Below the pieces are notes generated by a model. It had not been told where the DNA came from and ran no database searches. It saw only the letters and a program-made list of their open reading frames with translations. A DNA stretch of 63,122 bases, counting the filler, from Octopus bimaculoides (Eukaryota): assembly GCF_001194135.2 (NCBI RefSeq). It is 4 parts of 3 records of this genome, joined end to end, with 100 filler letters (N's around TTAATTAATTAA, not from the genome) between each part and the next. Parts side by side here need not be neighbours in the genome. Positions count along the whole stretch, not along the records: positions 48,301 to 63,122 come from NC_068986.1; 3 more parts are not named here. The stretch is one strand, 5' to 3'. Position numbers and translations under genes: made by a program. Each line of letters opens with the position of its first letter. Within the stretch, counting starts at the first letter, position 1. This document shows positions 51,179 through 63,122 of the stretch, piece after piece.

Positions 51179-51565
51179 GGGTGTTCGGGCCAAATTTACA
51201 CCAAAGGAAAAGAAAACACTATATAACATCCTTAAATAAAAGAATTGAAAGATCAACCAGATTATGGCTGGGGAATAACTGTTTACTCAAAGTAGCCGCC
51301 CTAAGCTTCTGCCACGGTCTCAAGACGGTTCGGAAACCGGGCGCATACGTTACTCAATGTAACCCTGACAATATTTTCGAACACTTATTTGATATTGGGA
51401 ACCACCTCTACCTTGGTTTGCAGGCAAGAGTGGTTGGTCTGTTTCTCAGTCACATGACACATTAAGCCATGAGATTAGAATCGGGGAAATTGGGAGGCCA
51501 GAAGTAGGGGCTGGGGAAGTTGTGGAAATTCTATGACAACCGCTTCTGCTTCCTTCCAGAGGTAA
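51179..51565 (-). mobile_element. maT/DD37D-like transposase 3' remnant with TIR
   Basis: TA|CAGGGTGTTCGG; minus strand FWPPNFPDSNL...NVCARFPNRLETVAEA*GGYFE*. Confidence 0.8.
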
Positions 51566-51569
51566 TGCT

Positions 51570-52660
51570 TAGAGTTGAATTATAATAGAATATAAGAATA
51601 TGGAATATTGATGTAAATTTATTGGACAGATTAAGAATAGAGCAGCTGAAATCTCAAAGGAAATATGCTGAATTAGAATATATAGTATAAAAATATAAGG
51701 TGTAACGGCTATAATAAAAGAGCTGAAACAGAGTATCTTGGCCAAACCATTTAACATCAAAAGATACGAACAAAGAATATACATGTACAGTCAAAATCGA
51801 ATATTACGTATGGATCAGAAAGGAATGTCTAATGAGTTGAATAGAAACATTAAGTCAAGAACAGTTTATTCTAAATGCACAAGAAAGTAAGAAGCACTGG
51901 AGAGAAATACTGGGCAAACAAAAAATTCATAATATTGAATCTGATCAGCGAAAGGCATTTAGAGATGAAAAAGGAATCAATAAGCAAGTGAATATACATC
52001 AATAAGGTTACAGATCTTGAAAGCTGGTGGTAAATAATTTGCAGTGTAGTAAAATCCTCAATCGAAAAGAACCAGCTCATAAGTGCGTTCAAAAGTATTG
52101 GCTAAAGAAAGTCAAATCATTACATGAGAGAATATCCGAGTAACTGAATAATTTGATACATAATGAAGATATGTTGCCTTATTGGATAATATATAAAGGA
52201 ACAATTTTAGTGTCAACAGAATAATCAAAGAAAAATAGAGTCGACTATTTTCTCCCAGTATCATGCTTTTTTGATGTGCACCAGCTCGACCCATTGCTAG
52301 AGTTAGAAGAAGTAATTCCACTTTGGATTTTCAGCTTCCAATACGATCACGTGATGCATAAGAGATCTGATATTATTAGTGTCGAGAGAGAAAACATTTT
52401 GTTCGATAATTAATGCAAGATCAGTAGGAGACAAAGAAGCATGTGGGAAAAAAAGAAAATATTGAGTGGTATCGAAATTTGAAGAGAGATATCTAAATTG
52501 GGACATGAAACAGGTATGGAAAATGTTGAAGTGATGGATGCAGGTGTTGCTAAAATACTCATCCAAAATTTTGAAGTGGGAAATGCAAGGAAATTCTTTT
52601 CAAAAGTTGGAAATTGATAGTAACAGATTGGATAGGGCGGTATTTTGTATGTGAGGCCTT
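51570..52660 (+). mobile_element. Internally deleted R4/Dong-like retrotransposon (pre-RT region joined to REL domain)
   Basis: IKELKQSILAK..IKRYEQRI..QNRILRMDQK..NAQESKKHW..QKYWLKKVKSLHERI..LNN..LPYW, followed almost directly by LWIFSFQYDHVMHKRSDII..EREN; RT core motifs are absent. Confidence 0.7.
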
Positions 52661-53611
52661 TAGTCACTTGTTTTGTTTTGATTTGTGCTTTCAGCTTAAA
52701 TAATCGTCGTATAGCGGTCTGTTGAAAGGCGATGACGATGTCGACGACGACGATAATGATGCTGAAGATGCTGATGGTAAAGATGATATAGCATAGGACC
52801 TCATTTTTTCTTCAAGATCAGAAAATAATTCCGATTCTAATAATTGCTAACACTCTACAAATATTAACTGAAAAAGTAAAGCCCACAAAGAAGTATTAAT
52901 TCTATGCCTAGGACAGTGCTTCTACACACACGCAGAGTCTGAACTGCATCAAAGGAAGGATCATTTGAATGGGTAGTCATGCGTATAGGACGAAGATGTT
53001 CAAGATTTTGTTTAGATATGTTTCTAGATAAATCGTTGTTGCGTTCACATACCAAAAGTATCAGCATGCAGGGGATAAAAGAAGTATTTGACTGCAACTG
53101 TATCATTTATACATTTAAGATGATCGAAGTCATATTGAGAGTATACCAGGATCAGAGACGTTGCCTTTAGAGAAAGGAGAAACATTATATTACGATTACT
53201 TTGATGAGGAAAGATTCAGAGACAGCACAGCGTATTTGGAGAAAGCTGGAAGATAATTTATTGATCCGCTGTAATAAGTGAACTTAAAAAGAATACAGAG
53301 AAATAACTTTCTGTTACTTATCCGTCAAAGAAAAATAGTCAAGATAAGATTTAGCTGAAGTTCAAAATTCACCTTCTTTGGAACAGTTACATTTACGTAT
53401 CGGTAATTCAAGAAAGCCAACCAATATATATATTACGATGGTGGTGCTGGTGGCGAATCACAGTCGGTTGATGACAACATTCCGTTTTTCGATCAGGTGA
53501 ATAGACGTCTCCTGAGTTAACGTAGGTAGTTCTTTTTGATTACTTTATGACAGTTGAAGATTCTGCTTAAGATATTTCAGCTATATTTAAATTGAATTTT
53601 TTTATACACGA

Positions 53612-53653
<42 letters not shown>

Positions 53654-54271
53654 GATTCTTCTACAACACGAGGGGGCGGTGACTTCGAGGTTTCGCTCTG
53701 CTGGCCTTCTTGGGGATGTTCGACAGGCAAAAACAGCGAAACTGCCCGGCTTCTTGTAAAAGTATAACAAGTAAATACTCAAGAAGCGTACGTGGGTGCC
53801 TGAGTGTATGCGAGCGCGTGCGCGCGAGCGTACGTCTGTGTTTGTGTAATGCTTTTAAAGCTACACTGCGAATACTAATCTTATATTTCTATCCAAAAAG
53901 ATAAAATGGTCTTTCTTATATGATTGTTTTACAAGTTTGTCATTCATCAGAAATCGTACTCGATTAATGTAAATAGCTTTTTATACTAGCAAAGCTGGTT
54001 AGTTTGATTTGTCTTCCGTGCATTTATGTGCAATACTATCAGTTAACTAGTATTTATTTTGTACAGTGTACCGTTTATTCGAAATTCAACGATCATATTA
54101 TTGAAATGTTATTTATACTTTATTCATCTCGCTCAGTTATTTCCAGTCATTTTAATGGAAGCATATGGTTTTCCTTGCTTCTCTCCTCCCTGAGGAAAAG
54201 GGATACATATGATGATATTTACGACCAGACCTGTCTTTACATGTATGGTATAATATTTATGACCATGACCG

Positions 54272-54432
54272 GCTGTCTTTACGTTCTGAGTTCAAATTCC
54301 ACCAAGGTCGACTTTGCCTTTCATCCTTTCGGGGTTGATAAACTAATCACCAGTTGCTTAATGGGGTCGATATAATCGACTGGCCCCACCCCCAAAATTT
54401 CGGACCTTGTGCCTAGACTAGAAAAGAATATT
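54272..54432 (+). mobile_element. 5'-truncated Nin/Deu-domain SINE
   Basis: GTCTTTACGTTCTGAGTTCAAATTCCACCAAGGTCGACTTTGCCTTTCATCCTTTCGGGGTTGATAAAC...CTAGAAAAGAATAT. Confidence 0.9.
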
Positions 54433-55205
54433 TATAAGCGGTCAACACACTTGTCCTTTATTCATGATAGAAACAGTCTTCTAGTCTTAGATTTAGTAGT
54501 TGATAAAGAGATAAATGAATTAGAAATGAATTACAATCCCTTACAACACTATGACCCCAATAGGCTTCATGCGATTCCTGGAAGTGTAGTCTATTCTTAG
54601 CTACAATAGCAACAACATGAATTTCTTCCATCTTCTTGGTCTGTTATACACACCTTAATAAAGTTAAATCATGTTATGACGATATGATTGAAGTTTATAT
54701 TTCAACTATGGTGGAAGAAATGATTTCCCTTAAACTTGCAACAAGACTCGAGTGTTAATAATTCAATAATGAAAAATCGAAAATAGAATAAATATATAAT
54801 GAAAATAGCACAAATATAGTTGAAAGAAGATTTGATTGTAGGTGCATTTTATATAAAGTGTCTCATATTAGCTGTACAATTGCATTTCAAATTAATCAAG
54901 ATTTGCCCTTTTAATACGTTATTGCTGAAACAACATTACCACATTTCCCTACGGGCATATGAAAGACATTGATAATATTTTATTAATAATGATTGCATTT
55001 CTCAACCATGAAAACAGCAACCACATTATTGCCATCTGTATAACCTTAATGTGCACGAGATTACATTATAATAATACTTTGGTATTATTGTTTTACAAGA
55101 TAAAGAGATGAGATCTAAATAAGGAAATCTCTTCTCCATCTGTATACATTGATACATGCATACATAAATACATACATTCATGCATAGATACATATGAACA
55201 TATGC

Positions 55206-55242
<37 letters not shown>

Positions 55243-55654
55243 CATACATACACACACACATGCAAAAACAACACAAACACAGTCATATTTCATACATAAG
55301 TTGATGGATGGAGCTGTCAAGCGAATTGTGACTTCTGGTGACCCTGTTTAATAATGCTCATCCACAAGATTTTCATGGCACATAATAGACATGGATTGCT
55401 TTTACTTTTCTTTGCCCTTCAATGCTTTCCAGATGTCACATTGAATTCGTTTTTATACAGTTACTAACTCTTTTATCATATGATATGACGCGTCTTTTGC
55501 TATACTACCTGCGTTGTTCCAAGTTATGCACTCTCTCGCGCGCGCAGACGCACACACACACAGATAGATACACACACACACACACACACAGATAGATACA
55601 TAGACACAGACACACACACACAGATAGATACACAGACACACACACACATACATC

Positions 55655-55891
55655 TTTTATCTGTTACTGCTTTCGGTCATCAAACTGCGGCCATGCTGTG
55701 ACAACTCCTCGAATAACTTCAGTCGAACGAATCGACATCAATAGTTTTTCAAGCCTGGTACTTATTCTATCGGTTACTTTTGCCGAACCGATAGTTACAG
55801 TGTGTAAACAGACCAAAACCTATCGTCAAGCAATGGTGGTGGACAAATATAAGCACAAAGTCTCTTTCTCTCTCTCTCTCTCTCTCTCTCA

Positions 55892-55929
<38 letters not shown>

Positions 55930-56132
55930 ATCTTCCTCACCCACACACCCACACATACATATTTATATACTTGACGTGATCCTTAGAGTTTCTGTCTAAC
56001 AAATCCACTCACAAAGCATTGATTGGTCCGAGGCTACAGTAGAAGTCACTTGTCCAAGGTTCTACACAGTGGGCCTGAACCTGGCACCATGTGACTGGAA
56101 AGTAAAATTTTACCACACAGCTATGTCTGCAC
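55655..56132 (-). mobile_element. Composite OK-like SINE with a (CT)n core
   Basis: Tail and head as in the other copies, but the internal microsatellite is (CT)n rather than (CA)/(TA)n. Confidence 0.85.
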
Positions 56133-56141
56133 CGGTGAAGG

Positions 56142-56724
56142 CAGACCGTCACCACATCCCCTTCGTTTTTTTTTTCTTTTCTACAGAAGCCCATGTTTTC
56201 TGCTACGGTAATTAAAACTTTCAATTCCCCAACAATTTCTTAATTTTTTACTTTTTTCAGAAATTTTGTTGGGCGAAAGACGAGGAAAAATACGGAAATT
56301 ATGATTCTGAAAAACAAATAATAAATAAAAATAAGAATAATACCCCCCTCACCTCTCGTGAATGTACAGCATATACAGGATGTCTTCAAACCCTTCGGTC
56401 ACTGCGCATGCGTATGGATTTTCCAACCCACGCATTGAATAGGCCTTTATGCAGTCTTTCGACGTGCTAGAAATAACAGCCAAATCTCCGATAAACTTTA
56501 CATACTTTGTAGGCATTCCTACACAAGTGTGCCTGCTCAACTTTGTTTCCTCATAATTTTCAGAAAAAATGGATATTTTCTAATAAAAGTTTTTACATAT
56601 ATTCTTCATACGGTGTAGATTCCGATCATACCGGAATTTTGTTTGGAAAAGATATATCCGAACAGTGGCGAGCGGAGTTTCAAAAAAATCCTATATCGGC
56701 TTTGTTTCTTCGCTAAACTTTCTA

Positions 56725-56765
<41 letters not shown>

Positions 56766-57259
56766 TTCAAATACTGTCAGTTTTGATTACATAGGAATTT
56801 GTTGGGAGCAGAGAATGCAATAAAATAAAGAAAGGCGAACAGAAGCAATAAAATAATGAAAGAAATATGCAATCAATCTACTCGCCTCTCTGCAAAGATG
56901 TCTTTCAGAGGAATTTCCCGGGGTAAAATGAAGTTTACTGTGATAGAAAGTGAAATTAAAGTGTTCTATGTTTTTGTTTTACTACAGAAGGTGTTTTTTT
57001 CTACTAAACGAAGCTTGAAATTTACAAAAAAATATGAGTCGTGCATTTGTGTGAGTTCAAAGTCTATATTGCTTGTTCAAACTTTCTATTGGGATATCTA
57101 ATTTTGTCTTTTATTTTATCGACTTCATCCAATACCCTTGGCATTGAAATTTTGAAATGCCAATTTTCTTTTATAGATTCGGAATCTCCGTGGCCGAAAA
57201 CGTGGGTTTCTGTAGAAAAAAAAACAAAAAAAAACGGAAGTGGGTGTGATGACGATCAG
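56142..57259. mobile_element. Possible old TIR element with ~70-bp degenerate inverted ends (56142-56208 / 57188-57259)
   Basis: CAGACCGTCACCACATCCCCTTCG-Tn-CTACAGAAGCCCATGTTTTCTGCTACGG vs reverse complement CTGATCGTCATCACACCCACTTCCG-Tn-CTACAGAAACCCACGTTTTCGGCCACGG. Confidence 0.6.
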
Positions 57260-57852
57260 CCATGTCCGTCCCCTGCGCCTATCATATACGTATGCAACAC
57301 AGACGTTAATGCAAAATTTAACAATGTATTACACGCGATCGTGAGATGTAGCCATACAGAAGCGTTTTGAGAATATGGGCAGAGAACAAAATCAATGATG
57401 AAGCATTAAAAATGGTAAAAATTAAAACTAAATTATTTGGGAATTTAATGAGAAAGCAATGCCTTAGAGCGAAATAAATGGGGACAGAGTTAAAGTTCGT
57501 CCTTTGACTATATTAAGAATCGCCAGGGTTAAAATGTATTGAATGCTTAAGTAAAGCAAAAAGTAAGTCCACGTGGCAAACACGTACAGGTGTATATACG
57601 TACAGGTGATGAATTGAAGTTGGCAGGTAATCACAGTCAGGTGGACTAGGTCATTTTGTGAGTTAATTGTTATCGAAACAAGCACAAGGCAGGTTCCGTG
57701 ATCAGGGCATGAGTATTGTACGAACCTCACAACCAGTCGTATTCTACCCATTCCAATTGGCAATCTGCGCCACACACTCTCATATCAACCAAAAGGTGCC
57801 AGTAAAATTTGTATTAACCAATAGTAATGCAAGATTCCAAATTTCTTTATTT

Positions 57853-57888
<36 letters not shown>

Positions 57889-59026
57889 ACTTTCTTTCTT
57901 TCCTTCTTTCTTTCTTTCTTTCTTTCTTTCATAATTCTATCGACATCTAGGTCTTCACATTTCGTAAAACATCGATGGTTGAACATTTTCCGAAGATTTG
58001 ATTCGAAATTTTTCCTCACTTTCAACGATTTTCAGAACATAAAACATTTATTTGTTGCCTACCTCAACATTTTCAACAAGAGGCTTGTCGATATTTAGCT
58101 TTGGAACTTTCCTAAATCATTGAAAGTTGAATTTTTTCTGAAAGTTCCATGTGAAATCTGTTTTTATCACATTAGATGATTTGAACGACACATAGCACAT
58201 TCATTTCTGGCATTTCTCGATAATTTCGACAAGAAAATCGTTGATAATTAACATCGCAGATTTTGTAAATCTTCCAAATAGAAATTTTTTTTCTACGATT
58301 CTTGACGAAATTATTCATCCACACTGAGAATTCACACAACATATAATAAATTTATTTCGTGCATTTGTTAACGTTTTTCTGCAAGATATTCGTTTGTAAG
58401 TCATCAAACGGTGAATTTTTTCGAAGATTCAAATATTTGCAAAATAGCATTCAGGTATACCATAATATATTCTAAAAAAAATAGGAGAGGGAGTGAGAGA
58501 AAGAGAGAGAGGGAGAGAGGGGGAAGGAGCGAAGGAGAGAGAAAAGGAGAGGGAGAGAACGAGAGGGAGAGGGAGAACGAGAGATAACGCGAAATACAGA
58601 GAAAAAACGACAGGTGCATAAAAAGAACGGAAGTAAAGAGAAAAGAGAGAGAGAGAAAATAGAGGAAGGAAAAATACAAGGCAGAAAGAGAGAAAAATAT
58701 ATATAGATAGAGAGAGAAAAAGAGAGCGAGAGTGAGTGTGTCAGTGTGTGTAAAAATATAATTAAAGACATGTCTAAAAGGTTACAATGGAATTTTTTGT
58801 ATCACTGTGTCATCTTTTAACAGTTTTCCATTAACAACAGAACGGAAATTCGCTTTTATTTAATACACAAGATTGTCACCGCCTTAATTGCTTAGGCACA
58901 TATATGAACATGACTAAATATATCTACATTAGTGCAGACGAACTGAAGCGTATGTAACCATGCATACATACACAATCACATACATATATGTACCTACATT
59001 TATATATATATGCATAGCATATGCGC

Positions 59027-59057
<31 letters not shown>

Positions 59058-59062
59058 TACAC

Positions 59063-59101
<39 letters not shown>

Positions 59102-59544
59102 TGCGTTTGTGAGCGAGTACGTATTTGTGTATGTACATGCATAGATCTTTTTAACTCTTTCTCTCTATGAATATTTTGTTATGGGCTCAACCGTTATCAA
59201 ACGACGGATGGGGGACACGCAATTCTTTGTTGAACAAACGCACACATGGTTTGTCTATAGTGATCAAATGTTTGTGTTTCCATTAGCTCACTCTTTCCAT
59301 CAAATCGACATTGTCTCTACGGGTGCAGAAGTGTACAATGCTTCAGATGTCGAAATGAACGTAGAACAACGTGATATGTGGGCACTCTGTCTCTTTCTCT
59401 CTCTCCTTATATATATATATATATNNNNNNNNNNNNNNNNNNNNNNNNNNNNNNNNNNNNNNNNNNNNNNNNNNNNNNNNNNNNNNNNNNNNNNNNNNNN
59501 NNNNNNNNNNNNNNNNNNNNNNNNNNNNNNNATATATATACATA

Positions 59545-61150
59545 TAATAAGAATGTATGGTCCACGGAGGGTTACAGACATGCAAGCTGCTAGAAGCACC
59601 CAACTACTTTCCAGTCTGATCTTTCACGAAGCTGATTGGAATGTTATTGAGAAAGAGGTCATAGAACAAAACTGGTCTTCCAGTCACTCTATGCAAGATA
59701 TTAACATAAAGCTTCAGCATGACAATCATGCATGACACATGCAGTAAGTTTGTTCCAGAGAGAATGCCAAACCAACCGAAAAATATCATTTCTATGGATA
59801 GGAACATTTTAATGAGACGAAGAGTAAAAATGTAAAACTGTCTAGCTAGGTCATTTAGGGATAACAAACGAGCCTATTTCAAACACTGCTCGAGATTGTA
59901 AGTGAACTCAAACACTCCCACAAAAAGGAGAAAGCAGAAAAAGAGGCCAGGGCTGTCAAAATTATTAAGACAAATCCCAAAGCCTTTTATAGATATGCAA
60001 AAGAGTCTGCTTCAGTATAATATAAGATAGGGCCACTGTTGGAAGAAAATAGCTCGCCAACTGCAGACCACCAGAAGATCTCTGAAATACTGAATGTGCA
60101 ATACGAGAGTGTTTTCAACACGCCCATGGGGCACTTGCAAGTAGCTATGCCTGATGATTTCTGCGGTACCACAGCTCTACATAAAGAAATGGCAATTATT
60201 GATAGCATCAACACAGCTGTAATATCATTTATCGATGAAATGAGTCCAAACTCAGCCACAGGCCCTGATTGATTCCCAGCAATCATCCTAAATAAATGAA
60301 AAGGGCTGTAGAAAGACGACTTCAGATTCTCTTCCAGAGCTTCTTCGAAACTGAGAGCCTTCCCAATTAGTTAAAGGAAGGTATATGTCCTATCCATAAG
60401 GGAGGTAGCAGAGTAGATGTTAAAAATTACAGACGTGTCTCTTTAAACTCTCATGTCAGGAAAGTCACGGAACAGATTGTTAGGAACAAACTTATTGCGT
60501 CCCTTGAAGATAATGACTTGTTATCTGGCACCCAGCATGGCTTCCGCTCAAGTAAAAGCTGCCTTACCCAGCTTTTACAGCATTATGACTGGATATTGAG
60601 TCAATTAATGAATCATTCAAACGTGGTTGTAATATATCTCGATTTTGCAAAAGCCTTTGATAAGGGTGATCAGAGGATATGTCACAAGCTACGTAGACCC
60701 GGCATTGCTGGAAAACTGGGAGAGTGGTTTAATGACTTCTTAAAAGACAGTCTGTGGCAGCGAATGGAGTCCTCTCCAAGGAGACATTAATAGAGAGTGC
60801 CTCCAGGAACTGTATTATTGCTGTTCATGGTGACTTTTACTAGCTATACCGACGACACAAAAGTAGTACAAGCAAGTCAAGGAACCTTCTTACAGAAACA
60901 CCTATATGCTATACATATGTGGGCTGAAGAAAACAATATGCAATTTAATGCAGGTAAATTCCAAGCTCTTCGCTACAAGCTAATTGGTGCTCAGAAGCCG
61001 TGACAACAATACTTTGGAGCAAAAGAAGCGGCAATCCCAGAGTTATGTGCAATGCATAATCTGGGGCCTGATATGAGCAACGATGTTTTCTGTCATATGC
61101 ATATCACCAAGATAGTATCAATTTGCAGGTGAATAGCCGGATGGATCAGC
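59545..61150 (+). mobile_element. CR1-clade LINE ORF2 remnant (post-endonuclease region and RT), pseudogenised
   Basis: KTNPKAFYRYAK..KIGPLL..ISEILNVQYESVF..SATGPD..PIHKGGSR..KNYRRVSL..QHGFRSSKSCLTQLL..VIYLDFAKAFDK..PGTVL..YTDDTK..WAEENNMQFNAGKFQALRY; many stops and frameshifts. Confidence 0.9.
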
Positions 61151-62034
61151 TAAAGTCTAAACTGAAGTATTTATATTTCTGCAAACGTTCAAACATTATC
61201 TATCACTTTCCAAAGGTACAGTGAAAGTTTAAGTCTGTAAACATCTATGGTTCTTTTCAGTCAATAACCTATTAAACCTTTCGGAGCTATATTTTTCTGA
61301 ATCAATACATCCTCGTATAGAATCACCATATTGCTAGAAAACCTTACTACACGAAAATCTCATGAATTTTTAGAAATTCTAAAGGGAAGTGATAATGCTG
61401 GCAACGTTTTCATCATTGAATTTTAATATATTTTCTCTAGTATCCCGATAACGAGAACCGTAAGTAAATCTTGTACGGGAACTATAAAACATTATCTACA
61501 GTGTATACATCATAGAAAATAATAAGCTTTTATGTCAAGAATCATGTTAGAAAACTTTCTTTTGGTTTGTGCATCTGCATTCTCTTCAAGTTTATTGTAA
61601 ACACTGATGATAACGGAGCGGTTATTTGTTTCTATTCAAGCCCAAATTGGTAACATTCTACATAGCCAATGTAGAAAACAAAGTCTTTCTCAAATAAAAC
61701 GCATTATCTGCACAATGTACGTTGATGAGATATGTTTTGTGACAGACGTACATACAGGTTGGCTCTTAAAAATGACTTTTAAAAATAACTTTATCCTTAC
61801 ATATACAATTCAACATTGATATAGCTTGAATTCAGAACATAGCCACCACATTTTAAGATATAATTATAGTTATAGGGAACAGTATACATAGAATACTTCG
61901 AACTAATTACAAAAGTTACTACCAAAATTGGCCCAAGCCATAGCTAACTTAATAACACCACTCGAATAAGACATTGTATGCTGTTTCATATTCGTAATTT
62001 TTAGGGTACCCATAGCCCATTCGAACAAAGTAAT

Positions 62035-62365
62035 TATTTGCAGAGATATATCTGGGTGCAAATGGTTTGTCTGGAATTTGTTGGAGATATTCTTACAGGA
62101 ACACTTTCAATGGTATCCGATCTTCACTTATGTGTCTTGGTAGGAGCAAGTCCAGTTAAGGTGAAATAGTTCTGTCTCTGCTTTTTGATGTGATGCAAAG
62201 ATGCCGGATGGCAACTGGGCCAAGGCTTGGGTGATTTCTAAAGTTGGTACCAGCATCATTTAGGCAATATACTGTTGGAATATTTTGTACATGATGCAAA
62301 TGATACAACACTGGCAGCGGTTTTGGAGTGAGTAAAGTTTGAGGTTCTCCAGACAATCCCAATAA
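62035..62365 (-). mobile_element. CR1-clade LINE C-terminal fragment
   Basis: WDCLENLKLYSLQNRCQCCIICIMYKIF...EYLQQIPDKP. Confidence 0.65.
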
Positions 62366-63041
62366 TCAATACCTGTGATGTGTATTTTGTTTTGTGAACG
62401 GTCACCGGGGCGCTTCAGTTCTTATAATATTTTCTTTCGTCAAGGAATGCCAACAGTATTCAAGGTGAGAAGAAGTGAAGGTGAAGACGAGAAGGATAAT
62501 GGTAGGAACGTCTCTTGACCGAAAATTTCCGAAGATCCAGAAGCACGTCTTGCGAGCGATGTTGAATTTGTTGTTAATGTGGACACTCCAGCTTTACAAA
62601 CAATTACATGAGGGAATAACAATCACACGAATAGATAGAAAGCTGCTGGATCAAATAGTTGAATTATAGTTAGCAGAGATTGGAAGCCCCAACTTTTCCA
62701 TATCGGATGTTCTGCTATATCCAGCAGCAATTACGATTCGCCAACAGACGAGAGTAGCGGAGAAAGACCGCAGTGAAAATAAATAACCAGACATATTGCA
62801 AACCCAGGAGAAATTATGAGCAGCTGAACACTATCATTAAGTAAAAACTGAATAATAAATTCACTAACCACCAGCTGCAAATTTATGATAGATTATCTAA
62901 AGTCTGTTGGAACTGTCAAGTAGAAATACTAATAGACAAATTAATTATCCTTAAACAGTGAGCGCAGTAAGCGAGCAATTTCGTTATGAATGCATTTATT
63001 TATGCATGTATATATATATATGTATACACACACACACACAC

Positions 63042-63122
<81 letters not shown>

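Noticed and set aside
62400-62700. Protein-like stretch (…PEARLASDVEFVVNVDTPALQTIT…) and the 64-aa ORF 62475-62669
   Set aside because: Interrupted by stops, no recognisable family motif; cannot be assigned without a database search.

Overview
AT-rich, microsatellite-dense animal genomic DNA with about 15 N-gaps. The SINE families resemble those of octopods, so the source is probably an Octopus scaffold (inference). The only well-supported host genes are two tandem, single-coding-exon, 291-aa class A-like (rhodopsin-type) 7TM receptors on the + strand (31077-31952 and 35354-36229). They are about 83% identical by my manual alignment and arose from a ~4.3-kb local duplication. The rest is mostly decayed mobile DNA: Penelope-like elements (one with a hammerhead-ribozyme fold and a GIY-YIG motif split by ~600 nt of trinucleotide-like sequence), RTE, CR1 and R4/Dong-like LINE remnants, mariner and maT-like transposase remnants, a Tigger-like MITE, a 91-bp mini-Helitron, long-TIR elements and many tRNA-derived SINEs. 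The left ~23.5 kb is strongly CpG-depleted and the right is not; the switch falls at an artificial scaffold join. Nearly all other ORFs in the track are microsatellite or N-run artefacts. No CRISPR, rRNA or intact tRNA gene is supported. Repeat-family names come from recalled motifs, not database searches.
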